A DNA stretch of 64,000 nucleotides from assembly GCA_963729045.1 (NCBI GenBank), contig CAVSMN010000015.1:1-64000 (forward strand), given 5' to 3'. Source of the DNA: an uncultured Nitrososphaeraceae archaeon (lineage in GTDB: Archaea; Thermoproteota; Nitrososphaeria; Nitrososphaerales; Nitrososphaeraceae). Positions within the stretch are counted from its first letter, which is position 1. Every line of letters starts with the position of its first letter. The notes under the pieces were generated by a model. The model was not told the origin of the DNA. It made no database searches and saw nothing but the letters and a program-made list of their open reading frames with translations. Position numbers and translations under genes: made by a program. Positions 42,942-53,436 of this stretch are shown one piece after another.

Positions 42942-44459
42942 ATGCCTATTAAAAATGGGTCTGAGTACATTGAAAGTTTGAGAGATAGAAATTTGCAGGT
43001 TTATCTTTTTGGAGAACTAGTTAAGGAGCCAGTTGATCATCCTATGATTAGACCTTCTATTAATGCTGTGGCTGCTACGTATGATATAGCAGAAGAAGAT
43101 CCTGAAATAGGTTCTGCAACTTCCTCATTGACAGGACTAAAGGTTAACAGATTCTTGCATATAGCACAAAGTTCCCAAGACTTGGTGAATCAGAACCGGA
43201 TGCAAAGAAAGCTCGGACAACAAACTGGAACTTGTTTTCAACGCTGTGTGGGAATGGATGCCCTAAACTCATTGTATTCTACAACATATGAAATTGATAA
43301 AAAATATCAAACACCTTATCATGAAAGGTTAATTGAATTTATCAAAAAAATTCAATATGAAAACCATGTGATTGGAGGGACAATGACGGATGCAAAAGGG
43401 GACAGGAGTTTGTCCCCATCTCAACAAGAAGATCCAGATATGTTTGTCCATGTTGTCAAAAAGGACGAAAAGGGTGTTTATATCAAAGGAGCTAAAGCTC
43501 ATCAGACAGGCTGTATTAATTCACACTGGTTAATCGTGATGCCGACCATGCGTATGAGGCCCGAAGACAAGGACTATGCAATCGTCGGTGCCATTCCGGT
43601 AGATGCAAAAGGTATTACTTATATCTATGGAAGACAATCGTGCGATACCAGGAGTATGGAAGAGGGGGACTTGGATTCAGGCAATTCTCAATTTTCCGGA
43701 CAAGAGGCACTAATAATATTTGATAACGTGTTTATTCCGAATGAATTGATCTTTATGGAGGGCGAGGTGGAGTTCGCTTCAATGTTGGTTGAAAGATTTA
43801 CCTGCTATCATAGGCGAAGTTATGTTTGTAAAACCGGATTAGGAGATGTATTGATTGGTGCTTCTGCAGCAATCGCTGAATATAATGGGGTTTCAAACGC
43901 TTCCCATATTAAAGATAAATTAATTGAGATGACTCATTTGAATGAAACAATATTTGCAGCCGGTTTAGCTTCTTCACATCAAGCATACAAGACTCCGTCT
44001 GGGAATTTCATTAATGATGATATGCTTGCTAATGTGTGCAAGCACAACGTTACCCGTTTTCCATACGAAATAGGTCGACTAGCTCAGGACATTGCTGGAG
44101 GCCTTATGGTCACTATGCCCTCTGAAAAGGACTTTAGAGGACCCGTTACCGGTCCATTACTTGATAAATACTTGAAAGGACGAAAAGGTGTATCAACAGA
44201 AGACAGGGTTCGTATACTTCGGTTAATAGAAAATATGACCCTTGGTAGAAATGCTGTTGGGTACCTGACCGAATCCATGCATGGTGCAGGGTCGCCACAA
44301 GCTCAACGTATCCAAATAGCTAGACAGATGCAGCTTGAATACAAGAAAAAATTGGCAAGAAAATTAGCAAAAGTAGCAGAAGGCGAAGACACCATATCAA
44401 ACCCCTCGTTAGCAGAATCATCTGATTATTTTGATAGAATATTTGGAATAAAAAAATAG
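42942..44459 (+). CDS. abfD: 4-hydroxybutyryl-CoA dehydratase (HP/HB carbon fixation cycle)
   Basis: TGTCFQRCVGMD, MTDAKGDR, GAKAHQTG, YHRRSYVCKTG, ESMHGAGSPQAQ. Confidence 0.96.
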   Translation: MPIKNGSEYIESLRDRNLQVYLFGELVKEPVDHPMIRPSINAVAATYDIAEEDPEIGSATSSLTGLKVNRFLHIAQSSQDLVNQNRMQRKLGQQTGTCFQRCVGMDALNSLYSTTYEIDKKYQTPYHERLIEFIKKIQYENHVIGGTMTDAKGDRSLSPSQQEDPDMFVHVVKKDEKGVYIKGAKAHQTGCINSHWLIVMPTMRMRPEDKDYAIVGAIPVDAKGITYIYGRQSCDTRSMEEGDLDSGNSQFSGQEALIIFDNVFIPNELIFMEGEVEFASMLVERFTCYHRRSYVCKTGLGDVLIGASAAIAEYNGVSNASHIKDKLIEMTHLNETIFAAGLASSHQAYKTPSGNFINDDMLANVCKHNVTRFPYEIGRLAQDIAGGLMVTMPSEKDFRGPVTGPLLDKYLKGRKGVSTEDRVRILRLIENMTLGRNAVGYLTESMHGAGSPQAQRIQIARQMQLEYKKKLARKLAKVAEGEDTISNPSLAESSDYFDRIFGIKK

Positions 44460-44576
44460 AACCTGATACTGGGGTTAAATCCTCTTTGTTTTTTTGTGTT
44501 TAATTTATTGCAAGATTTTTTCCGAACCAATATTGTGATTTTTATTACCTATTCAGATTTGGTTGTCTCCTATGGT

Positions 44577-45623
44577 TTAGTCCTGAAATTCCGATTCCAG
44601 TAATTTCTTTTTCTTTTTCATACCGAATACCTTGTCAGTTTGTCTTATTGCATCTGCTCGGGGTCGTTTCAACAACATTGATTGTATTAGCATGTAGTTT
44701 TCAGGTATTACCATTCCGGTTTGATCATCTGAATATGAAATCTTCAAAGTATCCTCCTGAATTTTTAACAACTCGCTATGAATGTGGACCATGGATGTAT
44801 CTCCATGATCGAATTTGAGTTCTGCAGCCTTCTTTCTTATGTCTCCGGTGCCCTTTGCATTTTTCAAAATAGCAACTCCAAATTCATTTTTGAAATTATC
44901 TAGGATATTATCCTTAGACGGTGGTCTCCCATCAAACCTGATTGTCATTTGATGAAGATGCATCATTCTTGATGGCACCTTTAATGCATCGACATACAAA
45001 TTGGCAGAGGGTATGAAATCTTTCAAGTCGTCCTGGTGATGTGGATTTTTATCCCACTCTATCGAATCCCTTACCTCTTTCTTATCTTCTAAATCGGCCC
45101 ATCTCCTCACTAATACAACATCAAATCTTTTAATTAATTTGCCATAACTTTCAATCAATGGTTGGATGATTTTACCCATTCCAGTAACATTACAGCTGCC
45201 TTGGATTACGGAATCTTTTTCTAAAGTCTTTTCATAATTTACTCTTGAATTGTGGATAATGTCTGCCACGGAATTTCTGCCATACCTGTCCTCACCTCCT
45301 TGAAAAATTGCCTTCTTCTTAAGAGGCTGATAATATTTTCTCTTATTTTTAATTCCATTTCCTTCTGTAGAAGCATCGATAACCAAATCGGATTGGTTTA
45401 TTGCATCCTCTATACTACCTGAAATGTCGTAATTTTTGTTTCTAAATTCCTTAATTAATTTGCGAGGGACAAAAACCTTGTATCCCTTGTTTATTGCTTC
45501 TTGTGTTTTTTCATCGACAGAATATTTTGCTATACCTATAAGGTTAATAGATTTATCCTTTGTTAGGGCAGTTGCCAATCGGCTTCCAATTATGCCATAA
45601 CCATTAATAAAAACTTGATACAC
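44577..45623 (-). CDS. gap: archaeal type II glyceraldehyde-3-phosphate dehydrogenase
   Basis: NGYGIIG, FQGGE, GSCNVTG, RRWAD, HHQDD, PENY. Confidence 0.92.
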   Translation of the reverse strand: MYQVFINGYGIIGSRLATALTKDKSINLIGIAKYSVDEKTQEAINKGYKVFVPRKLIKEFRNKNYDISGSIEDAINQSDLVIDASTEGNGIKNKRKYYQPLKKKAIFQGGEDRYGRNSVADIIHNSRVNYEKTLEKDSVIQGSCNVTGMGKIIQPLIESYGKLIKRFDVVLVRRWADLEDKKEVRDSIEWDKNPHHQDDLKDFIPSANLYVDALKVPSRMMHLHQMTIRFDGRPPSKDNILDNFKNEFGVAILKNAKGTGDIRKKAAELKFDHGDTSMVHIHSELLKIQEDTLKISYSDDQTGMVIPENYMLIQSMLLKRPRADAIRQTDKVFGMKKKKKLLESEFQD

Positions 45624-45789
45624 TCTTGGTTTGTAATTTTTACAATATTTAATATATTTTTAATGGTCTTGATCATAACCTAAATTTCAGGTTACATCTA
45701 ACAATCTTGTTACAATTTATACAATCTTTTTGTCTTCAAATCAGAGATAGAAAATCTTAAAATATTATCAACACATATTCCCTATACGC

Positions 45790-45960
45790 TCGTTTGATTG
45801 CTGATCATGGGATGCAGGAATCTTTGGGTGAGACAGGGTTTGGTCATGAATTACTACAGGACGTGCCAAATCAGCGAAAGTGTTAATTAATTCCACCAAT
45901 TTAGAACCGACAGATCGTTGATGTTTGTTTCAGAGAAGAACAAAGATGGAATATTCAACG
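45790..45960 (+). ncRNA. candidate structured RNA in the gap-pfdA intergenic region
   Basis: stems 45798-805/45870-77, 45808-14/45862-68, 45916-21/45955-60; locally GC-richer; TATA-like element near 45755. Confidence 0.3.
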
Positions 45961-46137
45961 GAAATAATTTCAATTTGGAAAAACCGAACTCAAATCTGTT
46001 TCTCATAACTTGAACTATTTGGTATTGATAAATCTTATTCAAATGCATTAGAAAATGATGATCGATAAAGAGCTAGAACAGGATCCAGGTTGAATAATGC
46101 CAAAGTTATAATAAAGTCAGATGTAAAACAGCATATT

Positions 46138-46621
46138 ATGACAATGGATGGCGGTAATAGAAGAGGTGTTGATATGGAACAAACTGTAAATGATTTAGTA
46201 CAGGAATCAAAGTTACTTGAAGCTTATTATAATGATGTAGTAGCAAAGGAGTCCGTATTACATCGATTATATGAAGAGTCTCACAACTCCTTTGAAGCAT
46301 TAAAGATCTTTGTCTTCAGAAGCCGAAACACTATCATTAGTTCCTCTAGGAATAGGTGTATATGTTAAAAGTCTTATTTATCCACTTGAAAAAGTTCTGG
46401 TAAACATCGGCGCTGGGGTAGTAGTTGAAAAGAAGAAGGATGATGCTGTCAATTTCATAGAACAACGCATAAAGGAATTTGAATTGGCTACAAAGCAATT
46501 ATCAACGCAAAAACAACAGATTTCTCATCGCATGATGGAAATACAGAATACCGTAAATTCTTATGTTGGGCAGATGCGAAACCACGATGAATCAGCACAC
46601 TCTCACTCACATTCACACTAG
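46138..46621 (+). CDS. pfdA: prefoldin alpha subunit, frameshift near 46308
   Basis: LVPLGIGVYVK...KVLVNIGAGVVVEK hairpins between coiled coils; directly upstream of ftsY. Confidence 0.92.
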
Positions 46622-46677
46622 CGGCTGTCAAAATCAACCAAAGCTAAAGTTTTAGATTATGTATTTGGGATGCCTAT

Positions 46678-48034
46678 ATGTTTGATAAATTAAAGCGAGC
46701 ATTCTCTAATGCTGCGAAGAGCATTAGTCAGAGGGAACTATCTGAAAAAGATTTGGATGAAAGTCTTTTTGATCTAAATATTGCCCTTTTGGAGAGTGAT
46801 GTTTCTCAAGAAGTTATAGATGATTTATCCCAGCAAATAAAAGACAATTTAGTGGGTATGAAATTACAAAAGAATGAAACTACTGAACAAATTATTGCAT
46901 CTACGTTAAAAGATAATTTTTCAAAGATTCTAGCCAAGGCAGGATCAGTTGATTTGATTTCTGCGATTAATGCAAAGAAGCAACGCAAGGGTGGACCATT
47001 TAAAATTGTATTTTTAGGAATAAATGGAACAGGAAAAACTACTACTGTAGCCAAGGTAGCTAATTTACTAAAAAAATCTGGATTTTCAATAGTGATTGCT
47101 GCCGCTGATACTCACAGGGCCGGAGCAATCGAGCAAATTACTTCACACGCAGAAAAACTATCCATAAAAGTTATATCTCAAAGATATGGTGCCGATCCAT
47201 CTGCTGTTTCCAGGGATGCGCTAGAGTACGCGAGCAAACACTACATTGACGTCGTATTAATTGATACTGCGGGCAGGATGCAAACTGCAAAGAATCTAAT
47301 GGATGAAATTGGAAAAATTGTAAAGGTTATCAAACCTGATATCAAACTATTCGTTGGTGATTCGTTATCAGGTAATGACACTATTAATCAAGCCCGAGAG
47401 TTCTTTTCATATACAGAATTTGATGGCGCAATCCTGACCAAGACAGATGCTGATGCAAAAGGCGGATCAGCAATATCAATATCCTACATTACCTCCAAAC
47501 CGATTATTTATTTAGGTGTTGGTCAAGGATACGACGATATCATCAGGTTCAATAGAGAAAGATTTGTTGAGACTATTTTCAATAATGAGTCTCTTCTTGA
47601 TTCTTCTCGTGGTACTCAAACATCATTGCCCAACGAGAATTACGTGGTTCCTGATATCGAAGATACTAATTCAGGTAAGGAGACGCGTAATCAATTAAAG
47701 AGTGATGTTTTAGAAGAAAGTAGCAGAGTTTTTAATCAGGATTTTGTTTCAGAAGATGGTCCGGATTCAGAAGTACTTTTAGCCGAAAATAGCGCTGAAG
47801 CGTTACCAGGTCTTTCTAAAAAATCAATGAATGATGATTTGAAAATAGATTCATCGTCTTCTTTCAATACTCCTGTTGAACAACAAGAATCGTACTCTGA
47901 TGAAAATTCAACAGGGGAAATTGAAAAAATTTCCGAGACCTATACAAGCAAAAGAGGAAGGAAAAGAAAAAGAAGAAAAGAAGGAACAAGGTGAGAAAAA
48001 AAGCCGATTCGGATGGTTTAAGAAAAAGAAATAG
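46678..48034 (+). CDS. ftsY: SRP receptor FtsY with long acidic C-terminal tail, probable frameshift near 47945
   Basis: GINGTGKTTT, DTHRAGA, DTAGR, TKTD.DAKGG, GVGQ; alternative frame ends KSRFGWFKKKK*. Confidence 0.95.
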
Positions 48035-48077
48035 TTATTTGAAAGCATTAAATTAAAGATTTTTTTCAGAATTAATA

Positions 48078-49035
48078 TTGAAAGAAGATATCTTAAGTCT
48101 TCAAGATTTGAGGTCTGATCAAATTTTAGCTCATACTGGATCACGCATCATCCTTGAAAAACCAGTTCAAAGCGGAAGGTTCTAATCTTAAATACCTAAA
48201 TGGAAAAATCCTGGGAATGATTTTTCAAAAGCCCTCAACAAGAACGAGGATAAGTTTTGAAACAGCAATGCTTCAATTAGGTGGACATGCGATAAATCTT
48301 TCTTTTAGTGATTTACAGTTATCTCGTGGTGAATCGGTACAAGACACAGCTAGGACTATTTCATTGTATGTTGATATCTTGATGGCTAGAGTTTATGAAC
48401 ATAAAGATATCGAACAATTATCAGAACATTCTACCATTCCGGTAATAAATGGATTATCAGATTTATTTCATCCCTGTCAAATTCTGGCGGATTTACTCAC
48501 TATCCGCGAATATAAAAAAAAATTAAAAGGGATCAATCTGGCGTTTATTGGAGATGGCAATAATGTTTGTAATGATTTACTCCTAGGGTGTTCAAAATTG
48601 GGGATAAATATTCGAGTTTCTACTCCTATAGGTTTTGAGCCACTAGATTGGGTGGTGGAAATAGCAAGAACATCAGCTAAAAAAAATGAATCTGCTTTAT
48701 TGATAACATCGGATCCTACTGAAGCAGTTATTGATGCCGATGTAATAGTTACCGATACTCATATTTCAATCGGAAAAGAAAATGAGTTTGACAGCCGCGA
48801 AAAAATATTTTTCCCTAAATATCAGGTTAATGATGACTTGATCAAATATGCAAAAAAAGATTTCATCTTCATGCATTGTTTGCCCGCAAAGCGAGGAAAA
48901 GAGGTTACATCTCAGATCATTGATGGCCCTCATTCTGCCATTTGGAGCGAGGCCGAAAATCGTTTACATGTGCAAAAAGCCTTATTGATCAAAATATTGG
49001 GAGATTCATCCGCACAGAATAAGAACCATTCTTGA
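48078..49035 (+). CDS. argF: ornithine carbamoyltransferase, frameshift near 48130
   Basis: KPSTRTR, HPCQ, GDGNNV, MHCLP, EAENRLH; N-terminal MKEDILSLQDL in another frame. Confidence 0.95.
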
Positions 49036-49087
49036 ATAATAAAGCATCAAATACTTTAAAATATTCTAAATTTTGAAATAGTTATAT

Positions 49088-49396
49088 ATGACAAAGTTTT
49101 TGGTGGATAAGGCCGTAAACATTCCTGAAGGTAAATTAAAAAATATTACTGCCGGGGGTAAAGAAATCGTAATAGCTAATGTTAAAGGTGAATACTATGC
49201 AATTAATAATATATGCACTCACGCAGGAGCTGAATTACATGAGGGGATATTAGAAGGTAATGAACTTGTCTGTCCATGGCATGGTGCTAAATGGAATGTT
49301 CAAACTGGTGATCTTATCTGGTTTCCCCAAAAACTAAAAAACCAGCAGTCATACAATGTGGTGATAGAGGGTGATAACGTATTTGTCGAAATCTAA
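49088..49396 (+). CDS. Rieske [2Fe-2S] ferredoxin
   Basis: CTH...CPWHG. Confidence 0.94.
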   Translation: MTKFLVDKAVNIPEGKLKNITAGGKEIVIANVKGEYYAINNICTHAGAELHEGILEGNELVCPWHGAKWNVQTGDLIWFPQKLKNQQSYNVVIEGDNVFVEI

Positions 49397-49437
49397 TGTT
49401 AGTAATAGGATAACCGTAACAAACAAGGTAAATATAT

Positions 49438-50197
49438 GTGAAAATTAATGAGTTTATATCAACACTGCCTAATTCGGTATTAACCGGAGACAGCGTTGTT
49501 ATTCCTGATGATTTTATTAGGAAGATGTTCTCAATTTCAAATTTAAATAAAGACGATATATTTTATCATCTCGGTATTGGTAACAATCCTTCAACATTAC
49601 AGATTGCCAGTAGAAGAATTCAAAGTTAAGAAGGCTGTGGGGATAGATATTAACGCTACAGTTATTGATGAAATCAAATCGAAAACAAAAATCATCAAAA
49701 ATGTTTATGCCCTTAACGAAAACGTTTCTAATTGTTCCTTATCCGAGGCGACCGTGATTTTTTCTTGGTTTACAGATGAAAAAATAAACAAATTATTATC
49801 TAAAAAATTTGAATCAGAGTTGGATAATGGTGCTAGAATTATTTCTATATGGTCTCCCCCGGCTCTTTTTTTACCCGACAAAATTGATTTTCCAATATTA
49901 GTGTGTGAAAAACCATTCAAAATTGGAGTTGATATTAAAGATCAACTTAGAGCAATCTACAAAAGCGATTGTATTGACTTTACGGCCTCTTGGAATTTGG
50001 CTGACAGGTATATCAAATCTTTTGGTACGGTTGACGCTAGGCATCACAGATTCTTGAATATCTTACAAAGTTTAATAATATGGTTTAATGCAAGAGATTT
50101 AGGAATAGCATGTGAAAATGAAATTCCGCCTCCAGTGAAAAGTTATGTAGAAATATTAAAATATTTTTTTAATATAGATCTAACTGATTTTTATTAA
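49438..50197 (+). CDS. SAM-dependent methyltransferase, frameshift near 49605
   Basis: FYHLGIG motif I variant, AVGIDI, EATVIFSWF. Confidence 0.75.
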
Positions 50198-50400
50198 GGA
50201 AGGTTAATTTATTAATTAAATTTTGAAATAATTTTATTGGATTTGAATGATATTATTTTTTTAATTTTCATAACGATGTAATAAAATAAATTATTAAAAT
50301 TTTTCTAACAAAAAAATTTTTTATAATTTATTGTCCATATCTTTAATAACAATCTACCCCAAAGATTATAACTATTGGTATTATGAAGCAAAATTAGAAG

Positions 50401-51963
50401 ATGGACTTTACAATTAATGAGGGGCGAAGAAATTTAACAGTTCCCCTATTAGTTGAATCAGCTATTCTAAATGATGAGGGTAAGCTATCATCTACCGGTT
50501 CGTTATCGGTAAAGACCGGAAAATTTACTGGTCGTTCACCTGAGGATAAATTTATTGTCAAGGATGAAATTACTGCCAACTCGGTAGATTGGGGTAAAGT
50601 TAATCATCCTATTTCTGAAGAAAACTTTGAAAAAATATTTAGTCGTATGACAAAATATATCCACGATAATAAATTAGAGGAGAATCTATATACTTTCGAT
50701 GGATTTGTTGGGGCTGATGTCTCCTCTAGGCTATCGATAAGAGTCATTACAGACAGAGCATGGCATAGTTTATTCGCAACTCAAATTTTCATAAACGCAT
50801 CACCAGAAGAATTGTCTCATTTTAAACCTGATTTTACTCTGTTGTCAATTAATGATTTTGCATCTATTCCAGAGTTAGAAGGAACAAAATCTGAAACTTT
50901 TATTATTATTAGTTTCAAGCGAAATTTAATCCTGATGGGGTCAACTTCTTATGCTGGCGAAATAAAGAAATCCATGTTCTCAGTCATGAATTTTCTTTTA
51001 CCTAAAAAGGGCATATTTCCTATGCATTGTTCTGCAAATTTGGGTAAAGATCATAGGTCAGCCTTATTTTTTGGTTTGTCAGGAACAGGAAAAACAACTC
51101 TTTCGGCCGATGAAAATCGACGATTAGTGGGAGACGATGAACACGGTTGGTCTGATAATGGTGTATTTAATTTTGAAGGAGGTTGTTATGCTAAATGTAT
51201 CAATCTAAACAAAGATAAAGAACCACAGATATGGAACGCAATTAAATTTGGTTCCGTAATGGAGAATGTTGTAATTGATCCTTTTTCAAGAGAACCTGAT
51301 TTTACAGATGGTAGTTTGACAGAAAATACCCGTGTTGTCTATCCTTTAAATTTTATACCAGGAGCAGTTATCCCAAGTGTCTGCGGTCATCCGTCCGTCA
51401 TAATTTTTCTTACTGCAGATGCCTTTGGGGTCCTTCCTCCTATATCTAAATTATCAAAAGAGGGCGCCATGTATCATTTCATGTCGGGATATACTAGCAA
51501 ATTGGCAGGGACTGAACGAGGAATCACCGAACCAAAAGAGACATTTTCTCAATGTTTTGGAGCCCCTTTCATGCCATTAAAAGCTGCGGAATACGCAAAG
51601 TTACTAGGAGAGAGGATTACTAAATATAATTCAAAAGTTTATTTAATCAATACCGGCTGGTCGGGCGGTCCATACGGAATAGGTAAACGAATAGAACTAA
51701 AATATACCAGGCAGATGGTTTCTGCAACGCTCAAAGGTACACTAGATGACGTTCCATACGAAACACACGAAACGTTTAATCTTGATTATCCCACGCATTG
51801 CTATGACATCCCTGCTTCTATATTAAATCCTCGAAATACTTGGCATGACAAGAATCAATATGACTTTTCTGCCAAAAGATTGGCTAAATTATTTATAAAT
51901 AACTTCAGGAAATTTGAACCCATTTCTGAGGAAATCATCAAGGCGGGTCCTCATTTGAACTAG
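50401..51963 (+). CDS. pckA: phosphoenolpyruvate carboxykinase (ATP)
   Basis: TGRSPEDK, YAGEIKK, MHCSAN, GLSGTGKTTLS, GDDEHGW, NFEGGCYAK, TENTR. Confidence 0.98.
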   Translation: MDFTINEGRRNLTVPLLVESAILNDEGKLSSTGSLSVKTGKFTGRSPEDKFIVKDEITANSVDWGKVNHPISEENFEKIFSRMTKYIHDNKLEENLYTFDGFVGADVSSRLSIRVITDRAWHSLFATQIFINASPEELSHFKPDFTLLSINDFASIPELEGTKSETFIIISFKRNLILMGSTSYAGEIKKSMFSVMNFLLPKKGIFPMHCSANLGKDHRSALFFGLSGTGKTTLSADENRRLVGDDEHGWSDNGVFNFEGGCYAKCINLNKDKEPQIWNAIKFGSVMENVVIDPFSREPDFTDGSLTENTRVVYPLNFIPGAVIPSVCGHPSVIIFLTADAFGVLPPISKLSKEGAMYHFMSGYTSKLAGTERGITEPKETFSQCFGAPFMPLKAAEYAKLLGERITKYNSKVYLINTGWSGGPYGIGKRIELKYTRQMVSATLKGTLDDVPYETHETFNLDYPTHCYDIPASILNPRNTWHDKNQYDFSAKRLAKLFINNFRKFEPISEEIIKAGPHLN

Positions 51964-52015
51964 AATCCTTTATCTTGCAATTGATTTAAAAGAGTTTTCT
52001 TACATCAATCTGAAG

Positions 52016-52143
52016 TAGCCCGGAGCAGATTCGAACTGCTGTCCCCAGGTTTCTTCTCTATCAGATCCAGAGCCTGAGATCCTTAGTCCTTTTGAGGTTT
52101 GACCGCTAGATTCGGCACCATTTTATCATGGTTCGACCGGGCT
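52016..52143 (-). tRNA. tRNA-Gln(CUG) with three introns (23 nt at 10/11, 16 nt at 21/22, 16 nt at 37/38)
   Basis: AGCCCGGTCG[23]TCTAGCGGTCAA[16]GGATCTCAGGCTCTGG[16]ACCTGGGGACAGCAGTTCGAATCTGCTCCGGGCTA gives a 73-nt cloverleaf after intron removal. Confidence 0.92.
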
Positions 52144-52233
52144 TCACGAGCTACACTTTCTGATATTTGTTTCCATTATTTTATTTTATCTCTAATCCAA
52201 TGGAAATACTTTTCAACTAATGAATAATTTTGT

Positions 52234-52638
52234 CTATTTCTTGGTATTTATTTCTCTAATTACAGTTCCATAATCGAGATGAACTTTTTTTCTCATGTAC
52301 GGGATCAATTTATAATGGATTGAATAAATGTTCTTTTCGCGCACTAAGATGCCTTTAACCAAAAGTGACACAAACCCTCCTGCAACCTTGGAAGGCAAAA
52401 TTTCTTTGTTTTCACAAACACAATCTCGCTTTATATGATATTCTTGTAAAGTAAAATAGTTTCTGTTAACATCCAATATTAGCGGCCAGATTACGTATTC
52501 CCATACCAACCGACGATTTTCGGTCGACGATGCGTGTTTTCCCTTTTTCCTTTCCTTTTGTTTGTAATTCTCTAATGTCATTTTCTCTGTGTTTTGATCT
52601 TTATTATTGGACTTGATATCATAGTCACATTTAAACAT
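52234..52638 (-). CDS. hypothetical winged-helix-like protein
   Basis: SKVAGGFVSLLVKGILVREKNIYSIHY. Confidence 0.7.
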   Translation of the reverse strand: MFKCDYDIKSNNKDQNTEKMTLENYKQKERKKGKHASSTENRRLVWEYVIWPLILDVNRNYFTLQEYHIKRDCVCENKEILPSKVAGGFVSLLVKGILVREKNIYSIHYKLIPYMRKKVHLDYGTVIREINTKK

Positions 52639-52660
52639 CCGGTTTTATAATTCTACATAT

Positions 52661-53404
52661 ATGGCGTTTTCTCGCGGGGAAGAGGAAAAAGTTAATGATG
52701 TCTCCTCCGCACTAGATGATCTCTCAAAAAAATGGACGATAGATCCAATTGTTAGAGATGTACATCTTGGAAAACGTACGGACATTCAAGATTATACAAT
52801 TAAGATAAACAAGGTTACTTATCATATCCCTTTTTTATCTGAATCATCTCTTTTTTTATTGTGGGATTGTCTATGGCCTGATTGTCATAACTGCTGTGAT
52901 AAGCAAGGACGGTTACCCTTAACATCCAGAGATTTAGCCAATATTTCAAAACAATTAGGATATGATTCACAATCGTCTTTTCTACGAAATGAAACTTACG
53001 TAGCAACGTGGGATAATGATTCCACTTCAGATTCAAACTCTCAGGTAATAACCACTTTAACCATGCTTAATTTGAAGAGAAAGCCGTCAGAAAATGAGAC
53101 TGACAATGGTCACCCTATTACCTGCAGATTCCTAAATGAATGTGGAGCATGTCAGCTCCATCCAAATAAGCCTGGGGTTTGCTGGTTATATCCTTTTTTT
53201 TCATGGAGTCAAAATGAAAAGAATCTAGTATCTGTACATACATCGTTTCAACTTACAGGGGATTGTCCAGGTTTCTACTTGAGTAAGAACTTGGACGATA
53301 TTATGCCAGTTCTAGTCAAATATTCTGAAATTATTTATGATTATACCATGAATGTTAACACAACAATTAGAGAAGGGTTTGGAAAAATCGACGTTATCAA
53401 TTAA
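52661..53404 (+). CDS. YkgJ family Cys-cluster (Zn/Fe-S) protein
   Basis: CLWPDCHNCC...CRFL...CQLHPNKPGVCWLYPF...CPG. Confidence 0.88.
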   Translation: MAFSRGEEEKVNDVSSALDDLSKKWTIDPIVRDVHLGKRTDIQDYTIKINKVTYHIPFLSESSLFLLWDCLWPDCHNCCDKQGRLPLTSRDLANISKQLGYDSQSSFLRNETYVATWDNDSTSDSNSQVITTLTMLNLKRKPSENETDNGHPITCRFLNECGACQLHPNKPGVCWLYPFFSWSQNEKNLVSVHTSFQLTGDCPGFYLSKNLDDIMPVLVKYSEIIYDYTMNVNTTIREGFGKIDVIN

Positions 53405-53436
53405 AAAATTAAATATTTTTCACAACAAAAAATAGG

